A stretch of DNA of 64,000 bases from Halanaerobiales bacterium (GTDB lineage Bacteria; Bacillota; Halanaerobiia; Halanaerobiales; DTU029): positions 34,232-98,231 of the forward strand of contig JAKSCG010000237.1 of assembly GCA_022360715.1 (NCBI GenBank). Reading direction: 5' to 3'. Made by a program: the position numbers and the translations under genes. The number at the start of each line of letters is the position of its first letter. The first letter of the stretch is position 1. The notes under the pieces were generated by a model that was not told the origin of the DNA, searched no databases, and saw only the letters and a program-made list of their open reading frames with translations. Shown in pieces: positions 36,824-45,641 of this stretch.

Positions 36824-37981
36824 CTAAAAGGATAGATGTAGATACGAGTCCCGGTATTGAGCCTTCTTAATCGACTTATTGCTCAGGAGCTGAGGTAAAT
36901 GTAGTTTCTGTTTATAATCACCAATAGTAACAATTAAAATTCCTCCCTTTTGGTGCAGTCTAAACTTATCCCGCTGCAAAAAGGGGAGATACACCCGATA
37001 ATGATAACCGTCCCCTTCCTTCTCAACCGCCAAGGGAATTCCCCCGAAAAAGCTATCCAACGGATCTTCTTGCTGATATAGTAATCTGGAAACCGGTTTA
37101 AGGTTGTCAAGGCCCTTTAGTTCTTCACAAATTAAGGGTAAGGTAAAGACCCGTTGGGAGGAAAAAATCTTTTCAATTCTGGTCAGATTACTCCGCTGTC
37201 TGGCCAAGATCCGGTTATAAAAGTCGCTGTTGGCCTCAGGCAAAAATAATTTATTAACAATGATGCAATCGACCTTAAAGCCATATAAACTCAAATAAGT
37301 ATAAGCCCGTTGAGATTCATTAATGACCATCTCTTCCGGATTGAGCACCAATCTAACCGATGTTATTTCCGGATTAGTTAGTATTCCCTTGACCTCTTCC
37401 ATTTTCTGATAGATCTCCTCAATCGCTGTAAAAACATCTTCCTCGGGCAGGGGCAGTTCCATAAAACTATTACTAAAAGTCCGTAAAAACTTAATACTTT
37501 TCTTTTTAATTTTGAAAAATTTTTCCATATACCAACCAATTATATCAAAAAAACTAAGGAGACGAATCGCCGAAGCCGTTGGGGGAAAATCCATGATTAA
37601 AACATCATATCCCTTTTTTTTAAACTGTTCATGGATTTCCAATAAACTAAAAAGCTCCTCGACTCCCGGAAACATTGTTAATTCCTCTGCAAAAATATCT
37701 TTAATTCCCATCATCTTCAATAGATCAACTAAATACTGATAGATTTGCGCCCAGTGGTTTTCCAACTGGTGCTGGGGATTTAACTCCATACCATCCAGAT
37801 TTTTCAGGATAGTGGTCGGTTGATAATTTAAATCTACCCCCAATGAATCAGAAAGGCTGTGGGCCAGATCAGTACTAACCACCAGGGTCTTGATCCCTTT
37901 TCCCGCCAATTTAATCCCGGTAGCAGCCGCAATACTGGTTTTTCCAACTCCACCCTTCCCGGTATAAATAAGTATTCTCAT
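36824..37981 (-). CDS. ArsA/Get3-family P-loop ATPase with C-terminal HSP20-like domain
   Basis: ATG 37981 overlaps the upstream stop (ATGA). Deviant Walker A GKGGVGKTS. VVSTDLAHSLSD. The switch II region DFPPTASAIRLL lacks the canonical DTAPTGHT His. The C-terminal ~70 aa (DGYHYRVYLPFLQRDKFRLHQKGGILIVTIGDYKQKLHLP) resemble the ArsA_HSP20 domain. Confidence 0.75.
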   Translation of the reverse strand: MRILIYTGKGGVGKTSIAAATGIKLAGKGIKTLVVSTDLAHSLSDSLGVDLNYQPTTILKNLDGMELNPQHQLENHWAQIYQYLVDLLKMMGIKDIFAEELTMFPGVEELFSLLEIHEQFKKKGYDVLIMDFPPTASAIRLLSFFDIIGWYMEKFFKIKKKSIKFLRTFSNSFMELPLPEEDVFTAIEEIYQKMEEVKGILTNPEITSVRLVLNPEEMVINESQRAYTYLSLYGFKVDCIIVNKLFLPEANSDFYNRILARQRSNLTRIEKIFSSQRVFTLPLICEELKGLDNLKPVSRLLYQQEDPLDSFFGGIPLAVEKEGDGYHYRVYLPFLQRDKFRLHQKGGILIVTIGDYKQKLHLPQLLSNKSIKKAQYRDSYLHLSF

Positions 37982-38541
37982 CCTTCCACACCCCAATCCA
38001 CTGAAATTTCTTTTAATTGCTGGGGGAAAGGCCCACTGTCCAACTCTTTATCCAACAGGAAATAAATCCACTTTTCCCCTAGTTGGATGATCCGGATTAA
38101 TTCCTCAATCTTCTTTAAATCTCCTTCAATCAGCTGCTTTACCTCCTGACTGCTCCGGGACATAAGGTCTTGATAAGATTTAGTCGCCGGAACAATCGCC
38201 TCTTTAATCAGCCGGATTTGATTTAATTCCTTACTCTTTAATGCTTCTTGAAAAATTTTGTTAAAATCCCTTTCTGCTAAATAATAGTCTTTGCGGCTCC
38301 CCTTCATCCATATTTTCTGGACCATCTTTAATTTTAGCAGCAAACGAATATTAATACTGACCGTAGCCTTACTAACACCAAGTTTTTCCGCGATCTCATC
38401 CAGACATAAAGGGTTATCCTCAAAATACAACAGACCATAAATATAACCGATCGTTCGATTCATCCCGTAAGTATCAAGTGTTTGCCCCAGGGCTTCAATA
38501 ATAATTCTTCTAATCCCGTCGATCTCCTGATAACCTGTCAT
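37978..38541 (-). CDS. GbsR/COG1510-type MarR-like transcriptional regulator
   Basis: ATG 38541 has GGGGAGGGGG 4 nt upstream (track start is 38565). The wHTH NRTIGYIYGLLYFEDNPLCLDEIAEKLGVSKATVSINIRLLLKLKMVQKIWMKGSRKDYYLAERDF matches the GbsR-type pattern. Confidence 0.7.
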   Translation of the reverse strand: MTGYQEIDGIRRIIIEALGQTLDTYGMNRTIGYIYGLLYFEDNPLCLDEIAEKLGVSKATVSINIRLLLKLKMVQKIWMKGSRKDYYLAERDFNKIFQEALKSKELNQIRLIKEAIVPATKSYQDLMSRSSQEVKQLIEGDLKKIEELIRIIQLGEKWIYFLLDKELDSGPFPQQLKEISVDWGVEG

Positions 38542-38560
38542 CAAACCCCCTCCCCACTTT

Positions 38561-38602
38561 AACATTTAAAACATTTAATAAAAATTAAATGTTTTAAATG
38601 TT
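38561..38602. promoter_or_regulatory. Perfect 19+19-nt inverted repeat (candidate operator) at the predicted +1 of the GbsR-like gene
   Basis: AACATTTAAAACATTTAAT-aaaa-ATTAAATGTTTTAAATGTT. Each arm is itself two direct copies of AACATTTAA. It starts immediately downstream of the -10 box. Confidence 0.6.
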
Positions 38603-38608
38603 ACTTAC

Positions 38609-38637
38609 ATAATAATACACTAATCAAGGGCTGTCAA
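38609..38637 (-). promoter_or_regulatory. SigmaA promoter of the GbsR-like/ArsA-like operon
   Basis: The minus strand has TTGACA (38637..38632), a 17-nt spacer and TATTAT (38614..38609). Confidence 0.65.
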
Positions 38638-38643
38638 GAAAGA

Positions 38644-38673
38644 TTAAAACCCCCGGGGTTGATCCCCGGGGGG
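38644..38673 (-). terminator. Terminator after ompM copy 2
   Basis: The minus strand reads CCCCCGGGG-aucaa-CCCCGGGGG (9 GC pairs) followed by UUUUAA, about 25 nt after the stop at 38697. Confidence 0.75.
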
Positions 38674-38696
38674 TTAATCTTTGAGTTATAAGCTAA

Positions 38697-40898
38697 TTAA
38701 AAGGAGATACTAACACCGGCTTTGGCTGTTCTAACTTGATAATCATCGGCCCCGTTTAAGTCACCGTCGGTATCTTTTAAGGCAAGCAGCTGGTAATCAG
38801 CCTTGAAATCAATTCCGTCAGCAACCGTGTAGACTAAGCCAACTTGATTGCTATTATATTTACCAACTTCAGCTGTTTTTCCCTCTGCTTCTTTATTGCG
38901 ATAGTCATAACTTAATTTAACTGCACCCAAGGTGTAGCCAAGACCAAGATTGTATTCCATCGTCTCTTCATCTTTATCTTCGCCAATATCTTTAAAATTA
39001 AGCCCGGCCCGGACTACTAAGTCTTTAAATACCGGATAATCAATGACCTTTATCCCGTATTTGACGGTAACTACGTCTTGACCGGAGACATAAGCATCAT
39101 CTGCTACATTTTCATAACCCAACTCGGCTGTCAGGTAATCATTTGCGGTATACTTGACATCAAACTCGAGGGTTGTTTCTTCGACACCGGCTTCGACCGG
39201 GTCTTCAACGGTATATTCACCACTAAGAGTTAAGCCTTCAATTAGAACCGGCAGCGGCATTTCACCGGCCAGCGCCATCTTGGTCGTTTCATCACCGACT
39301 TCTTCTATGCTGGCGTAGAATAAACTGGCTTCCAACAAATCAGTTATCTGCTCGGTTAATTTGAAATTCCAACCGGTCATATCGGCTTGACCCAGCCCGG
39401 TGGTAAACCGATCATAGTCGCCGTTACCACTATCAAAGACTACATTATCTTGGCTAATTGGGGTAAAGTTTTCATCCCGGTTTTTGTAATTAAACTTCAA
39501 ATCGGCAAAAGGCAAGCCTGTACTGACCCCCAAACGGATCAATGAACCATTATCGGCAGCTTCCTGTTCCGGGATGGAGTGAGCGAAATCAAAATTCAGG
39601 TCTATTTCCCCGAACTGAGCATCTGTATCAATTCCCAAGATATTATGGTTCATATCTTCAACCTTAACAACCGTTCCACATTCACCGGTAAAAAACTCAT
39701 TCCGGGCCCGCCGGCTGGTAACGTTTACTCCGAGGTTCAGCCGGTCCAACTCAAATCTCTTCCTGGCCCCCATCACATAAAAGTCATCTTTATCTTCAAC
39801 CGGGTCCTGGTAAAGATTGGTTGTTGAGTCATACTTGTCATAAGTTGGAAAACCGTCTTTATAATCGATTGTACCGGGGACATCATATCCGGCCGTCCCA
39901 AAAAAGGTCTCTAAACCAAATTTCTTCCAGTCAACTACTAATCCGTTAATTTCGGCCTGGCTATAGGCATAGTCAGCTATGTCTACAACGTTTTTTTCCT
40001 TGTAGACTGCTTTGAGGGTTTCATTTTCCAAAATTAATTCAGCTTGATCTAAAACCAAAACGTCTTTAACATCGCTATCTTCATGTACATCCATTTTTAC
40101 AGCCGCAGAAAAGCCCTCTTTAACTATCTTGGCCTGCAAGTCCAGGGTCTGTTCCACTTTACCGTCAGATTGATCAGCGGCAATCTTTTCAGAATCATCA
40201 TCCCAGGGGTCAAGATAGACATACGGATCTTTATAATCCTCTTCCCCGGAATCATAACGACCGTCTTTATCTTTATCGATATATTTATCGACATCAGTAG
40301 CAATAACTCCGTCTTCAATATACTGATCCACCAAATCTACACTGTATTTCCCGCTAAAGCTAACTACCGGAGAAACCTTTTCTAAAGCAGCAACTCGCGC
40401 TTCCACGGCATCTACATCGGCATAGATTCCATCAATTTTCTGGCCGAGTATCTTTAACTCCGCTTTGAATTCAAAGGTTAAGGCCTCAATCAGATTAACC
40501 ACTTCTTCCACCTGCTGATCGCTTAAGTTTTTGGAAATTCCGCCTGCCGGTGGTTGGTTTTTAGCTAAAATAGCCTTGACAATTGCCGTTACATCCTCTG
40601 CCTGGGCTTTGCTTAAATTGTTAGCGGCATCGTCGATTTCCTCAGCCAGCATATTGCGTTCCAGTTCAATCTTGTCCAGGATCCGGCTTACTATGATCGC
40701 AATCTCATAGCGGGTCAGGTTGTTTTTCCCCTTAAAACTTCCGTCGGGATAACCCTCCGCGATACCGGAGGCCACTAACTTGTTTACGGCCCGATAAGCC
40801 CAGTGGTTTGCCGGTACATCAGTAAAGGGGTTGGCAAAGGCAGTTGTGGTGACAAAGATTGTCAATAAAAAAACCAGCAAAAAACTATATTTTTTCAT
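38697..40898 (-). CDS. ompM: OmpM-type porin/OM tether: SLH domain + coiled coil + beta-barrel (copy 2)
   Basis: 733 aa, collinear with copy 1. The first ~190 aa are almost identical. The insert at residues ~190-260 and several loops diverge. Ends ...AGVSISF. Confidence 0.85.
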   Translation of the reverse strand: MKKYSFLLVFLLTIFVTTTAFANPFTDVPANHWAYRAVNKLVASGIAEGYPDGSFKGKNNLTRYEIAIIVSRILDKIELERNMLAEEIDDAANNLSKAQAEDVTAIVKAILAKNQPPAGGISKNLSDQQVEEVVNLIEALTFEFKAELKILGQKIDGIYADVDAVEARVAALEKVSPVVSFSGKYSVDLVDQYIEDGVIATDVDKYIDKDKDGRYDSGEEDYKDPYVYLDPWDDDSEKIAADQSDGKVEQTLDLQAKIVKEGFSAAVKMDVHEDSDVKDVLVLDQAELILENETLKAVYKEKNVVDIADYAYSQAEINGLVVDWKKFGLETFFGTAGYDVPGTIDYKDGFPTYDKYDSTTNLYQDPVEDKDDFYVMGARKRFELDRLNLGVNVTSRRARNEFFTGECGTVVKVEDMNHNILGIDTDAQFGEIDLNFDFAHSIPEQEAADNGSLIRLGVSTGLPFADLKFNYKNRDENFTPISQDNVVFDSGNGDYDRFTTGLGQADMTGWNFKLTEQITDLLEASLFYASIEEVGDETTKMALAGEMPLPVLIEGLTLSGEYTVEDPVEAGVEETTLEFDVKYTANDYLTAELGYENVADDAYVSGQDVVTVKYGIKVIDYPVFKDLVVRAGLNFKDIGEDKDEETMEYNLGLGYTLGAVKLSYDYRNKEAEGKTAEVGKYNSNQVGLVYTVADGIDFKADYQLLALKDTDGDLNGADDYQVRTAKAGVSISF

Positions 40899-41106
40899 TT
40901 GCTTCCCTCGCTTATATTTTAGTTTGTTTGACTCACCATTCAGGAAAAAGCTACCATAAGTGTCCTCGTTTCCTTAAGGTATTACTTCCCGAAGTTGAAT
41001 CAGTTTTATCATGATCATTTTGTAGTACATAGAATGAAAGTAAAATCCACCCCCTCTCTTAGATTTAGTAATACAAAATGATATGAACAATTAGTAGAAA
41101 TCTCTT

Positions 41107-41231
41107 AAAAAAACCCAAGAGAAGACATATTATGGTGCCCCCCATAATGACCAGTACAGTCCCCAGCACAACAAGGGGTCAAACAAAGCTGGGACAGGCA
41201 GACTGGTGAAAATTTTTCTATCTTCTCTTGG
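41107..41231 (-). ncRNA. Candidate structured cis-regulatory RNA or sRNA in the ompM2 leader (copy B)
   Basis: Same helices as copy A: P1 CCAAGAGAAGA/UCUUCUCUUGG (41231..41221 and 41125..41115), followed by G + U7. Sequence upstream of 41231 is unrelated to that upstream of copy A. Confidence 0.45.
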
Positions 41232-41334
41232 AAAAGCTAAAATCAAGGTCGGCATCAGCTTTTTTGCTCACCATGCCCTTGATATTTGTAAATATGGTAA
41301 TTTTGCTTTGCAAATATAAACAATCGGTAATGAT

Positions 41335-41364
41335 ATTTTACCATACCGTTTGGTAAGATGTCAA
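41335..41364 (-). promoter_or_regulatory. SigmaA promoter reading toward the ompM2 leader
   Basis: The minus strand has TTGACA (41364..41359), an 18-nt spacer and TAAAAT (41340..41335), with TG two nt upstream of the -10 (extended -10). Confidence 0.55.
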
Positions 41365-41456
41365 GGCGTAATTTATATTATTGGTAATTTAAATGTTAAA
41401 CAAAATTATTTAGATTATAATATGGTAAAATATTAATTATAAGGGGGAATACATGA

Positions 41457-41891
41457 GTGGTAATAATCGGTGATAGAATATTAAGGCTCAGAAAAGAACT
41501 TAATTTAAACCAAAAGGAATTAGCAGAAAGTATTGGGATCACAGAGGCTAGTCTGTCACGATATGAAAATAACCTGCGGGAACCCAAAGCCGAAATTATT
41601 GCCAGAATATCAAAAGCTCTCGGCTGTTCTACTGATTATCTTCTAAAGCGGACAGACATAAAAAATCATGTTTTATCACCAGCAGAGAAGCTAGACCAAG
41701 ACAATATTAACTACAAAAATTACAAAGAGATCGAAAACAAGATTTTGGAAAAACTAATCGAAGAGGGACTGATTAAGGAAGACGAGTTTATTTCGGAAGA
41801 GGCGCTAGATAAGATAATCAAATATGGAATTGAAGCCGCGGTAGAGATATTGAAACTGGAAAGAGCAATAAAAAACAATCAACAAACTTAA
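41457..41891 (+). CDS. XRE-family HTH transcriptional regulator
   Basis: GTG start with AAGGGGGA 8 nt upstream. HTH_3 motif LRKELNLNQKELAESIGITEASLSRYENNLREPKAEIIARISKALGCSTDYLL. The ~75-aa C-terminal region has no motif I can name. Confidence 0.8.
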   Translation: MVIIGDRILRLRKELNLNQKELAESIGITEASLSRYENNLREPKAEIIARISKALGCSTDYLLKRTDIKNHVLSPAEKLDQDNINYKNYKEIENKILEKLIEEGLIKEDEFISEEALDKIIKYGIEAAVEILKLERAIKNNQQT

Positions 41892-41934
41892 TCCCACTTG
41901 ATTACTTTATCGAAATAATCAATGAGCAGCAACA

Positions 41935-41975
41935 AATCCTGAGAGAATAGAGTCCCTCAGGATTATTGTTTATTT
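41935..41975 (+). terminator. Terminator after the XRE gene (between convergent genes)
   Basis: AATCCTGAG (41935..41943) pairs with CTCAGGATT (41956..41964) around a 12-nt loop, then ATTGTTTATTT. Confidence 0.55.
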
Positions 41976-41990
41976 AATCTTGTATTCCAT

Positions 41991-43925
41991 TTATTTAGCA
42001 ATTGAGATCTTGTGCTTATCTGATACCAGCACCTTATTGAGGGCTTCTACCACCGTAGTGACCGGCGTTATCTTAATCCCGGATTGGTGGCAGATATCGT
42101 TAGTGTTATCGACCGGGATTAAAACCTCTTTTAAGCCGACTTGCTCTGCTGCATGTAGCTTTTCCCTAATACTACCGACCGGTTTTATTTTACCCTGAAT
42201 TGAGACCTCGCCTGTTACGGCTATATCTTGTCTTAAAGGAATCTCTTCGATAGCACTGATAATAGCCAGTAACATCGCAATCCCGGCCGAAGGGCCATCA
42301 ACATTTCCACCTCCAACGATGTTAACATGTAAGTCATAATCATTCATGTTTTTCCCGGTAATCTTCCTGAGCACCGCTGCCGCATTAAACAGGGAATCCT
42401 TAGCCATTGAACCGGCCGTTTCATTAAATCTCAACCGTCCGTTACCCTTTTCGTCAGCCAGAAAAGCCACGGCTTCAATCTCGATTACCGTACCGAGAAA
42501 GCCCTTTACCCCCATGCCAAAAATCCTGCCTACCTGGGCCTTTTCATCAACTTTTACACTGTTATAAGGAGTCATTCTCCGATTCTGCAAGGCTTCATAT
42601 AGTTTTTCTTTAGTGATAACCAGTTCTGTCTTTTCTTGATTATCGTTTTCATAGAGGACCAGGCTATAGGCATCCAGCAGCAGGTTAATCGCTGTTCTTC
42701 CTTCGATCGTATAGTTGCTAATGATCCGCGGAACCTCTTCTTCAATTTTTACCTTTAGTTTCCCTACCGCATTAGCAACGATCATCTGAATATCTTGCCG
42801 GGATAATGGGTTAAAAAACACTTCCGCACAACGAGAACGGAACGCCGGATTGATCGCCTGCGGACTCCGGGTTGTCGCCCCGATCAGCATAAAATCAGCC
42901 GGAGCTCCTTTTTTAAATAATTTTTTGATATAAAGTGGGATATTGTCATCATTTTCGTCAAAATAGGAAGATTCAAACATAATCCGTTTATCTTCCATTA
43001 CTTTCAAAAGTTTGTTTTGCAACATCGGATCAAGCTCCCCGATTTCATCAATAAAGAGTACCCCGCCATGTGCTTCGGTAACCAGTCCGATCTTTGGTTC
43101 AGGAACCCCTCCGTCAGCCAAGTTTCGCTTAGCTCCCTGATAAATCGGGTCATGAACCGAACCAAGTAATGGATTGGTCACCTCCCTGGGGTCCCAGCGC
43201 AGGGTAGTTCCATCCACTTCAATAAACTTAGAATCCTGGTAAAAAGGGGTGTTATTCCTTTTCTTGGCTTCTTCCAGGGCCAGTCGCGCTGCGGTTGTTT
43301 TACCTACCCCCGGCGGCCCATAAAGGATTACGTGTTGAGGATATGGGGAAGCTATCTTGGAGACCAGGGCTTTTACCGCAATCTTCTGTCCGACCAATTC
43401 TTTAAACGAACGCGGTCTAACCAGATCAAGGGTTGAACGATTGAGCGATCTTGTTTCCAGCCTCTCCAATTGCGCCAATTTCCTTAGGGTCTGAGCATTA
43501 TCTACACTCTGGTCGCCCTTGACAATCTCCTTTTTAATTTCCTTAATGTACTCCCGCTGCCTTTTTTCCATTCGGACAGCAATCTGTTCTTCTAAATCCT
43601 TTTCAACCGACCGTTCGGCCATCAGATCAGCCAGCTCATTTTCAAGCTTGAGGACCCTTTCCTCAAAATTACTGCCGTCTATTTCTATGCTGGGATCATC
43701 GCCAATAATCCGCTCCAGGGCTGTTAATCTCTCTTTAATGCTATCAGAACCAATTAAATCAAGAACATCTACCCTACAGGCTTTCAGAATAAACTTATCC
43801 CTGCCGTAAAAATCAGCCACTTTTTTATACAGGGCTTTGACTATCTTTAATCTTTGATCTGTTTTTTCATTGTTCTCCTTCTTCTTGAAAAATTGCAGCC
43901 AGAAGGGTTTCATGCTAGAATTCAT
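41991..43925 (-). CDS. Lon-family ATP-dependent protease, LonC-like (short N-domain)
   Basis: AAA+ Walker A GPPGVGKTT and Walker B VLFIDEIGE. C-terminal Lon protease domain with VDGPSAGIAMLLAI (Ser) and GKIKPVGSIREKL (Lys). At 644 aa it lacks the long LonA N-domain. It lies next to rplI. Confidence 0.75.
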   Translation of the reverse strand: MNSSMKPFWLQFFKKKENNEKTDQRLKIVKALYKKVADFYGRDKFILKACRVDVLDLIGSDSIKERLTALERIIGDDPSIEIDGSNFEERVLKLENELADLMAERSVEKDLEEQIAVRMEKRQREYIKEIKKEIVKGDQSVDNAQTLRKLAQLERLETRSLNRSTLDLVRPRSFKELVGQKIAVKALVSKIASPYPQHVILYGPPGVGKTTAARLALEEAKKRNNTPFYQDSKFIEVDGTTLRWDPREVTNPLLGSVHDPIYQGAKRNLADGGVPEPKIGLVTEAHGGVLFIDEIGELDPMLQNKLLKVMEDKRIMFESSYFDENDDNIPLYIKKLFKKGAPADFMLIGATTRSPQAINPAFRSRCAEVFFNPLSRQDIQMIVANAVGKLKVKIEEEVPRIISNYTIEGRTAINLLLDAYSLVLYENDNQEKTELVITKEKLYEALQNRRMTPYNSVKVDEKAQVGRIFGMGVKGFLGTVIEIEAVAFLADEKGNGRLRFNETAGSMAKDSLFNAAAVLRKITGKNMNDYDLHVNIVGGGNVDGPSAGIAMLLAIISAIEEIPLRQDIAVTGEVSIQGKIKPVGSIREKLHAAEQVGLKEVLIPVDNTNDICHQSGIKITPVTTVVEALNKVLVSDKHKISIAK

Positions 43926-43935
43926 CTCCTTAAGG

Positions 43936-44379
43936 TCAAGCCTCCACTACCTGTATTTTTAAAGTAGCGCTTATTTGCTGATAAATTTTAATCTTTATTT
44001 CATATACCCCCAAAGTTTTAATTTGTTCCTCAAGCTCGATCTTGCGTTTATCTATTTTATAACCGGCCTTTTTAACCAGATCAGCAATATCCTTAGCGGT
44101 CACTGACCCAAATAATCTCCCATTCTCGCCTGCTTTAACTTTGATGACAAAATGCTCTGCTGCCAGTTTTTTGGCCAGTAGTTCAGCCGCAGCCTTTTGT
44201 TCGCGATCTTTGCGTTGCTGGACCTTTGCTTGCTGTTTTAATTGAGTTAAGTTGCTTTTAGTCGCTTTTTCCGCCAGGCCTCTGGGCAACAAATAATTGT
44301 GGGCATAGCCGTCAGATACCTTAATTACATCGCCTTTACTTCCCAGCTTTTTAACATCAGCCAGTAAAATTACATCCAT
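43936..44379 (-). CDS. rplI: 50S ribosomal protein L9
   Basis: ATG 44379 has GGAGG 8 nt upstream (track start is 44397). MDVILLADVKKLGSKGDVIKVSDGYAHNYLLPRGLA is the canonical L9 N-terminus. Confidence 0.9.
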   Translation of the reverse strand: MDVILLADVKKLGSKGDVIKVSDGYAHNYLLPRGLAEKATKSNLTQLKQQAKVQQRKDREQKAAAELLAKKLAAEHFVIKVKAGENGRLFGSVTAKDIADLVKKAGYKIDKRKIELEEQIKTLGVYEIKIKIYQQISATLKIQVVEA

Positions 44380-44471
44380 AATAGAAACCTCCATCATTTT
44401 TATTTTATCTAATTAAAACCCCATTAGCAATAGTAATATTAACCTTTAGTACTTTATACTCCCTAATTTTT

Positions 44472-45347
44472 TTATTCTTTTCTCTTTCTTAGATTAAACC
44501 ACATATCAATTAAGCCAACCAAACTTAGTATTATAAAGACAAAAAAATTAAACAAAATAATCAGCAGGATATAAAGAAACGTCAGTCCGGAAGAATTAGG
44601 TGATTTAGCTAGATAATATAGGCCGACCGCAAATCCCTGCAAAAAGACAAAAAAGAGCAAAACCATATTTAAATTTACCAGGTATATATTGGTCTTAAAA
44701 AGCAGACAAATAGCTATTCCAACCGAGATCCAGCGTGTGAAATACCAATATTTAATCGGCTTATAAACCCTTTTGTTTAGCTTAATCCTTTTTAAATACC
44801 ACAAGGTCAGGTAATAAGTAATCGTCCCGGAAATAATCGAAGTAATCACAAAAAAAGCCGGGATTAGCATTTTAAGTAACTCCAACTGCTGTTCCAGGTT
44901 TAAAGCCAATTCGGTTAAATCAGGATTACTTCCTAGCCCTTCAATAATCTCATTAAATAAGTTGTGATAGTTAAAATCGAGTAAATAGGAAGATATCCCG
45001 GAAATTATTAAATTAGAGATTAAAACAGCACTGATCGTTAGGATCAGAGTAAGGCGAGGCGAAAACTCCTCTTTTAAAGCAGAGCCTAAAACAAATCCGA
45101 TCAGTCCGAAGCCGATAATCGTATAAAGACCCATTAGCGGATCGATCAGCAGACCGCTAAGCACAGCCGACAGCAAGATCATAAAAAAGGTTTTATTCAT
45201 ACCATGTTTTATAATCATATAAACAACCGGAACTGGTAAAATTATATTAACCAGAAAACTGATAATAGGTATATTAAGATTAAGAATTGTCAGTAAAAAA
45301 ATCAGCAATAAAACCTTGATTCCGTCAACGTACTCTTCTTTTAACAT
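44472..45347 (-). CDS. DUF2232/YybS-like polytopic membrane protein
   Basis: 291 aa with ~8 TM. The position between rpsR and rplI matches B. subtilis yybS. Confidence 0.6.
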   Translation of the reverse strand: MLKEEYVDGIKVLLLIFLLTILNLNIPIISFLVNIILPVPVVYMIIKHGMNKTFFMILLSAVLSGLLIDPLMGLYTIIGFGLIGFVLGSALKEEFSPRLTLILTISAVLISNLIISGISSYLLDFNYHNLFNEIIEGLGSNPDLTELALNLEQQLELLKMLIPAFFVITSIISGTITYYLTLWYLKRIKLNKRVYKPIKYWYFTRWISVGIAICLLFKTNIYLVNLNMVLLFFVFLQGFAVGLYYLAKSPNSSGLTFLYILLIILFNFFVFIILSLVGLIDMWFNLRKRKE

Positions 45348-45370
45348 AACTAAACCACCTCAGATCTGTA

Positions 45371-45404
45371 TATAGAAAAGGAGGCACAAAACCTCGGCCT
45401 CCTT
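45371..45404 (-). terminator. Hairpin after rpsR (weak terminator or attenuator)
   Basis: The minus strand reads AAGGAGGC-(11 nt)-GCCUCCUU followed by UUCUAUAU. The U-tract is poor. Confidence 0.4.
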
Positions 45405-45411
45405 AATCAAC

Positions 45412-45627
45412 TTATTCTTTTACATATGCTAACAGGGCAATAGCTCTGGCTCTTTTAATCTCCCTGGTCAACGCCCGCTGATGCTTGGCACAATTCCCCG
45501 TAATCCTGCGCGGTACAATTTTACCCCGATCAGTAACAAACCGTTGCAGGGTCCTGATATCCTTATAATCCATTTCTTTATCCTTGTTTGCACAAAAAAA
45601 ACAGGACTTATTTCTTCCTCTGGCCAT
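45412..45627 (-). CDS. rpsR: 30S ribosomal protein S18
   Basis: 71 aa. ...[58 protein letters not shown] is canonical S18. Confidence 0.95.
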   Translation of the reverse strand: MARGRNKSCFFCANKDKEMDYKDIRTLQRFVTDRGKIVPRRITGNCAKHQRALTREIKRARAIALLAYVKE

Positions 45628-45641
45628 TTATATCCCCCTTT

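Noticed and set aside
41457-43925. XRE regulator plus Lon-like protease as a toxin-antitoxin, prophage or defence pair.
   Set aside because: The genes are convergent with a terminator between them. The Lon-like gene is translationally close (10 nt) to rplI in a conserved housekeeping block. No phage or integrase genes are nearby.
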